Origin: Macrostomum lignano
Lineage: Eukaryota
Reading direction: 5' to 3'
DNA: 64,000 nt
Assembly: GCA_002269645.1 (NCBI GenBank)
Contig: NIVC01001221.1
Location: forward strand, 159,338-223,337
The notes beneath the pieces are model-generated. The model did not search any database and was not told the origin of the DNA. It saw nothing but the letters and a program-made list of their open reading frames with translations. Shown in pieces: positions 56,955-64,000 of this stretch (positions are counted from its first letter, which is position 1; the number at the start of each line of letters is the position of its first letter). Position numbers and translations under genes: made by a program.

Positions 56955-57509
56955 TTTATTCAAACTGAAAGCACCCCAAATGAGTTTAGAACTGTTTGGA
57001 ACCTGAAAGTTCTAAAAGCCATCATGATATCATGATACACTTCTGACCTGCACATTCCATGATTGTCCCCGCTAACCACCTGTCCTTTGTACATGATATT
57101 GCTGTTTCTTGAACGCAACAATTTCATTTCGCTTGCTTTGGAAATTGGGCTGCCAAATTTGTTCGCTTCTTATAGTTTTTTACTTTTATTGCCCCCCGTA
57201 TCGCAATTTTCGGGGTAAATTTTCTAATCACACTACTGCTGACTTGGTCAGTAGTAGCATGGTAAAAATGTGCTTCTTATTTCAGTTTGCTGGGTGTTGC
57301 TTTATCTATGCGTGATTATGAATAATGCAGATTTTAGCTGGAAAGTTATTTATTAATTTGGAGCACTTGATTTCTCTGCACATTGCACTGTGTTAACTAT
57401 GTGTACCGCTTATATGGCAAATTGAAATAAATTCGTGGTGAAGGAGTACTTGTAATGCCTGCTAAATCATTACTAGATCTTCTGTTGCACTTCTATTAAT
57501 TGAAAGCTT

Positions 57510-60500
57510 CGGGGGAGGGCAAGATTCGGGGGGGCAAGATTCGGGGGGGCAAGATTCGGGGGGCAAGATTCGGGGGGGGGCAAGATTCGGGGGGGCAAGA
57601 TCCAAGGGGCAAGATCCGGGGGTAAGATTCGGGGGGATAAGATTCGGGGGATAAGATTCGGGGGGATAAGATTTGGGGGATAAGATTCGACGGGGTAAGA
57701 TTCGGGGGATAAGATTCGGGGGATAAGATTGGGGGGATAAGATTCGGGTGGTTAAGATTCGGGGGGATAAGATTCGGGGGATAAGATTCGGGTGGGTAAG
57801 ATTCGGGGGATAAGATTCGGGGGGTAAGATTCAGGGGGTAAGATTCGGGGGATAAGATTCGGGGGTATAAGATTCGGGGGATAAGATTCGGGGGGATAAG
57901 ATTGGGGGGATAAGATTCGGGGGATAAGATTCGGGGGATAAGATTCGGGGGGATAAGATTCGGGGGATAAGATTCGGGGGATAAGATTTGGGGGGATAAG
58001 ATTCGACGGGGTAAGATTCGGGGGATAAGATTCGGGGGTATAAGATTCGGGGGGATAAGATTCGGGGGATAAGATTTGGGGGGATAAGATTCGACGGGGT
58101 AAGATTCGGGTGGGTAAGATTCGGGGGATAAGATTCGGGGGGTAAGATTCAGGGGGGTAAGATTCGGGGGGATAAGATTCGGGGGATAAGATTCGGGGGG
58201 ATAAGATTCGGGGGATAAGATTGGGGGATAAGATTCGGGGGATAAGATTCGGGGGATAAGATTCGGGGGGATAAGATTCGGGGGGATAAGATTCGGGGGA
58301 TAAGATTCGGGGGGATAAGATTCGGGGGATAAGATTGGGGGGGATAAGATTCGGGGGGATAAGATTCGGGGGGGATAAGATTGGGGGGGATAAGATTCGG
58401 GTGGGTAAGATTCGGGGGATAAGATTCGGGGGGTAAGATTCGGGGGGCAAGATTCGGGGGGGGCAAGATTCGGGGGGGGCAAGATCCGGGGGGCAAGATC
58501 CGGGGGTAAGATTCGGGGGATAAGATTCGGGGGATAAGATTCGGGGGGATAAGATTTGGGGGATAAGATTCGACGGGGTAAGATTCGGGGGGATAAGATT
58601 CGGGGGATAAGATTGGGGGGGATAAGATTCGGGTGGGTAAGATTCGGGGGATAAGATTCGGGGGGTAAGATTCGGGGGGTAAGATTCGGGGGATAAGATT
58701 CGGGGGATAAGATTCGGGGGGATAAGATTCGGGGGGATAAGATTCGGGGGATAAGATTCGGGGGATAAGATTCGGGGGGATAAGATTGGGGGGATAAGAT
58801 TCGGGTGGTTAAGATTCGGGTGGGTAAGATTCGGGGGATAAGATTCGGGGGGTAAGATTCAGGGGGGTAAGATTCGGGGGATAAGATTGGGGGGGATAAG
58901 ATTCGGGTGGTTAAGATTCGGGGGGATAAGATTCGGGGGGATAAGATTCGGGGGGATAAGATTCGGGGGATAAGATTCGGGGGGATAAGATTCGGAGGGG
59001 ATAAGATTCGGGGGATAAGATTGGGGGGATAAGATTCGGGTGGGTAAGATTCGGGGGATAAGATTCGGGGGGGGTAAGATTCAGGGTGGTAAGATTCGGG
59101 GGGATAAGATTGGGGGGATAAGATTCGGGTGGTTAAGATTCGGGGGATAAGATTCGGGGGGATAAGATTCGGGGGGATAAGATTCGGGGGATAAGATTCG
59201 GGGGGATAAGATTCGGGGGGATAAGATTGGGGGGGATAAGATTCGGGTGGTTAAGATTCGGGGGATAAGATTCGGGTGGGTAAGATTCGGGGGATAAGAT
59301 TCGACGGGGTAAGATTCGGGGGGATAAGATTCGGGGGGATAAGATTCGGGTGGTTAAGATTCGGGGGATAAGATTCGGGGGATAAGATTCGGGGGGATAA
59401 GATTCGGGGGGATAAGATTGGGGGGATAAGATTCGGGTGGTTAAGATTCGGGGGGATAAGATTCGGGTGGTTAAGATTCGGGGGATAAGATTCGGGGGAT
59501 AAGATTCGGGGGGATAAGATTCGGGGGGATAAGATTCGGGGGGATAAGATTCGGGGGGATAAGATTCGGGGGATAAGATTCGGGGGGATAAGATTCGGGG
59601 GGATAAGATTCGGGGGGATAAGATTCGGGGGGATAAGATTGGGGGGATAAGATTCGGGTGGGTAAGATTCGGGGGGATAAGATTCGGGGGATAAGATTCA
59701 GGGGGGTAAGATTCGGGGGGATAAGATTGGGGGGGGATAAGATTCGGTGGTTAAGATTCGGGGGGATAAGATTCGGGGGGATAAGATTCGGGGGGATAAG
59801 ATTCGGGGGATAAGATTCGGAGGATAAGATTCGGGGGGATAAGATTCGGGGGGATAAGATTGGGGGGATAAGATTCGGGTGGGTAAGATTCGGGGGATAA
59901 GATTCGGGGGGGTAAGATTCAGGGTGGAAAGATTCGGGGGGATAAGATTCGGGGGGCAAGATTCGGGGGGGCAAGATTCGGGGGGGGCAAGATCCGGGGG
60001 GCAAGATCCGGGGTAAGATTCGGGGGATAAGATTCGGGGGGTTAGGATTCGGGGGATAAGATTCGGGGGATAAGATTCGGGGGTTAGGATTCGGGGGGAT
60101 AAGATTCGGGGGGTAAGATTTGGGGGGATAAGATTCGACGGGGTAAGATTCGGGGGGATAAGATTCGGGGGATAAGATTCGGGGGGATAAGATTCGGGGG
60201 GATAAGATTCGGGGGATAAGATTTGGGGGGATAAGATTCGACGGGGTAAGATTCGGGGGATAAGATTCGGGGGATAAGATTGGGGGGATAAGATTCGGTG
60301 TGGGTAAGATTCGGGGGATAAGATTCGGGGGGTAAGATTCAGGGGGGTAAGATTCGGGGGATAAGATTGGGGGGATAAGATTCGGGTGGTTAAGATTCGG
60401 GGGGATAAGATTCGGGGGATAAGATTCGGGGGGATAAGATTCGGGGGATAAGATTCGGGGGGATAAGATTCGGGGGGGATAAGATTCGGAAGGATAAGAT

Positions 60501-63500
60501 TGGGGGGATAAGATTCGGGTGGGTAAGATTCGGGGGGATAAGATTCGGGGGGGGTAAGATTCAGGGTGGTAAGATTCGGGGGATAAGATTGGGGGGATAA
60601 GATTCGGGTGGTTAAGATTCGGGGGGATAAGATTCGGGGGGATAAGATTCGGGGGGATAAGATTCGGGGGGATAAGATTCGGGGGGGATAAGATTCGGGG
60701 GATAAGATTGGGGGGGATAAGATTCGGGTGGTTAGGATTCGGGGGATAAGATTCGGGTGGGTAAGATTCGGGGGATAAGATTCGACGGGGTAAGATTCGG
60801 GGGATAAGATTCGGGGGATAAGATTCGGGTGGTTAAGATTCGGGGGGATAAGTTTCGGGGGATAATATTCGGGGGGATAAGATTCGGGGGGATAAGATTC
60901 GGGGGATAAGATTCGGGGGGATAAGATTCGGGGGATAAGATTCGGGGGATAAGATTCGGGGGATAAGATTCGGGGGGGATAAGATTCGTGGGGATAAGAT
61001 TGGGGGGATAAGATTCGGGTGGTTAAGATTCGGGGGATAAGATTCGGGGGATAAGATTCGGGGGATAAGATTCGGGGGGATAAGATTCGGGGGATAAGAT
61101 TCGGGGGATAAGATTCGGGGGAATAAGATTCGGGGGGATAAGATTCGGGGGATAAGATTCGGGGGGATAAGATTCGGGGGATAAGATTGGGGGGGATAAG
61201 ATTCGGGTGGGTAAGATTCGGGGGATAAGATTCGGGGGGATAAGATTCAGGGGGTAAGATTCGGGGGGATAAGATTGGGGGGGATAAGATTCGGGTGGTT
61301 AAGATTCGGGGGGATAAGATTCGGGGGATAAGATTCGGGGGATAAGATTCGGGGGATAAGATTCGGGGGATAAGATTCGGGGGGATAAGATTCGGGGGGA
61401 TAAGATTGGGGGGATAAGATTCGGTGGTAAGATTCGGGGGATAAGATTCGGGGGGGGTAAGATTCAGGTGGTAAGATTCGGGGGATAAGATTGGGGGGAT
61501 AAGATTCGGGGTGGTTAAGATTCGGGGGATAAGATTCGGGGGGATAAGATTCGGGGATAAGATTCGGGGGATAAGATTCGGGGGGGATAAGATTCGGGGG
61601 GATAAGATTGGGGGGGATAAGATTCGGGTGGTTAAGATTCGGGGGATAAGATTCGGGGATAAGATTCGGGGGATAAGATTCGGGGGGATAAGATTCGGGG
61701 GGGATAAGATTCGGGGGATAAGATTCGGGGGGATAAGATTCGGGGGATAAGATTCGGGGGATAAGATTCGGGGGGGATAAGATTCGGGGGATAAGATTGG
61801 GGGGATAAGATTCGGGTGGGTAAGATTCGGGGGATAAGATTCGGGGGGTAAGATTCAGGGGGGTAAGATTCGGGGGGATAAGATTGGGGGGGATAAGATT
61901 CGGGTGGTTAAGATTCGGGGGATAAGATTGGGGGGATAAGATTCGGGTGGGTAAGATTCGGGGGATAAGATTCGGGGGGTAAGATTCAGGGAGGTAAGAT
62001 TCGGGGGATAAGATTGGGGGGATAAGATTCGGGTGGTTAAGATTCGGGGGGATAAGATTCGGGGGATAAGATTCGGGGGGGATAAGATTCGGGGGGATAA
62101 GATGGGGGGGATAAGATTCGGTGGGTAAGATTCGGGGGATAAGATTCGGGGGGATAAGATTCAGGGGGTAAGATTCGGGGGATAAGATTGGGGGGGATAA
62201 GATTCGGTGGTTAAGATTCGGGGGATAAGATTCGGGGGGATAAGATTCGGGGGGATAAGATTCGGGGGGATAAGATTCGGGGGGATAATAAGATCGGGGG
62301 GGATAAGATTCGGGGGATAAGATTGGGGGGATAAGATTCGGGTGTTAAGATTCGGGGGATAAGATTGGGGGATAAGATTCGGGGGGTAAGATTCGGGGGA
62401 TAAGATTCGGGGGGTAAGATCGGGTGGTTAAGATTCGGGGGATAAGATTCGGGGGAAAATTCGGGGGGATAAGATTCGGGGGGATAAGATTCGGGGGGAT
62501 AAGATTCGGGGGGATAAGATTGGGGGGGATAAGATTCGGGGGTTAAGATTGGGGGATAAGATTCGGGGGATAAGATTCGGGGGATAAGATTCGGGGGATA
62601 AGATTCGGGGGGATAAGATTCGGGGGGATAAGATTCGGGGATAAGATTCGGGGGGATAAGATTCGGGGGATAAGATTCGGGGGGGATAAGATTGCGGGGA
62701 TAAGATTGGGGGGATAAGATTCGGTGGTAAGATTCGGGGGGATAAGATTCGGGGGGGGGTAAGATTCAGGGGGGTAAGATTCGGGGATAAGATTGGGGGG
62801 ATAAGATTCGGGTGGTTAGATTCGGGGGGATAAGATTGGGGGATAAGATTCGGTGTGGGTAAGATTCGGGGGATAAGATTCGGGGGGGAAGATTCAGGGA
62901 GGTAAGATTCGGGGGGATAAGATTGGGGGGATAAGATTCGGGTGTTAAGATTCGGGGGGATAAGATTCGGGGGGATAAGATTCGGGGGATAAGATTCGGG
63001 GGGATAAGATTCGGGGGATAAGATTGGGGGGGATAAGATTCGGGTGGTTAAGATTCGGGGGATAAGATTCGGGGGATAAGATTCGGGGGATAAGATTCGG
63101 GGGGGATAAGATTCGGTGGGTAAGATTCGGGGGGATAAGATTCGGGGGGTAAGATTCAGGGGGTAAGATTCGGGGGATAAGATTGGGGGGATAAGATTCG
63201 GGTGGTTAAGATTCGGGGGATAAGATTCGGGGGATAAGATTCGGGGGGATAAGATTCGGGGGGATAAGATTCGGGGGGATAAGATTCGGGGGGATAAGAT
63301 CAGCGGGGATAAGATTGGGGGGATAAGATTCGGGTGGGTAAGATTCGGGGGGATAAGATTCGGGGGGATTCGGGGGATAAGATTCGGGGGGGATAAGATT
63401 CGGGGTTAAGATTCGGGGGGATAAGATTCGGGGGATAGATTCGGGGGATAAGATTCGGGGGATAAGATTCGGGGGATAAGATTCGGGGGGGATAAGATTC

Positions 63501-64000
63501 GGGGGGATAAGATTCGGGGGATAAGTTCGGGGGATAGATTCGGGGGGATAAGATTCGGGGGGGGATAAGGATTCGGGGGATAAGATTGGGGGGGAAAGAT
63601 TCGGTGGGTAAGATTCGGGGGATAAGATTCGGGGGTAAGATTCAGGGGGTAAGATTCGGGGGGATAAGATTGGGGGGATAGAGATTGGGGGATAAGATTG
63701 GGGGGGATAAGATTCGGGTGGTTAAGATTCGGGGGGATAAGAGGGGGATAAGATTGCGGGGGGGATAAGATTCGGGGGATAAGATTGGGGGGGATAAGAT
63801 CGGGGATAAGATTGTGGGGGATAAGATTCGGGTGGTTAAGATTCGGGGGGATAAGATTCGGGGATAAGATTCGGGGGATAAGATTCGGGGGATAAGATTC
63901 GGGGTAAGATTCGGGGGGATAGATTCGGGATAAGATTGGGGGATAAGATTCGGGGTGGGTAAGATTCGGGGGGATAAGATTCGGGGGGTAAGATTCAGGG
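57510..64000. repeat. G-rich 15-17-bp satellite GATAAGATTC(G)5-7, >6.4 kb, runs off right edge
   Basis: Hundreds of units with recurrent variants (GGGTGGTTAAG, CAGGGGGGTAAG, CGACGGGGTAAG); more irregular near the end. Confidence 0.99.

Overview
Eukaryotic (metazoan) genomic DNA. By my estimate about 45% of the window is micro- and minisatellite arrays (units 3-40 bp); nearly all long ORFs in the supplied track are translations of these arrays, not genes. GC-rich coding exons set in minisatellite-saturated DNA resemble the flatworm Macrostomum, but that is inference only. Real genes: (1) an orphan ~233-aa ORF (5512-6213, minus); (2) three 4-exon paralogues of a DUF229 / alkaline-phosphatase-superfamily type II membrane protein (copy 1 + 16325-21076 with a 1-bp frameshift; copies 2 and 3 minus, 23826-27426 and 29736-34144, both intact); (3) a Snail-family C2H2 zinc-finger gene (54762-56008, +) with no visible SNAG exon. 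Mobile relics: a tRNA-headed CORE-type SINE in intron 2 of DUF229 copies 2 and 3, and non-LTR reverse transcriptase fragments. Most interesting: the DUF229 paralogues are mosaics (near-identical catalytic core, swapped N- and C-terminal modules), a minisatellite sits at the duplication junction with a single seed unit at the paralogous site, and two inverted GGCGCC arrays with shared outer ends bracket ~8.5 kb like a Foldback-type element. All percent identities were estimated by eye.
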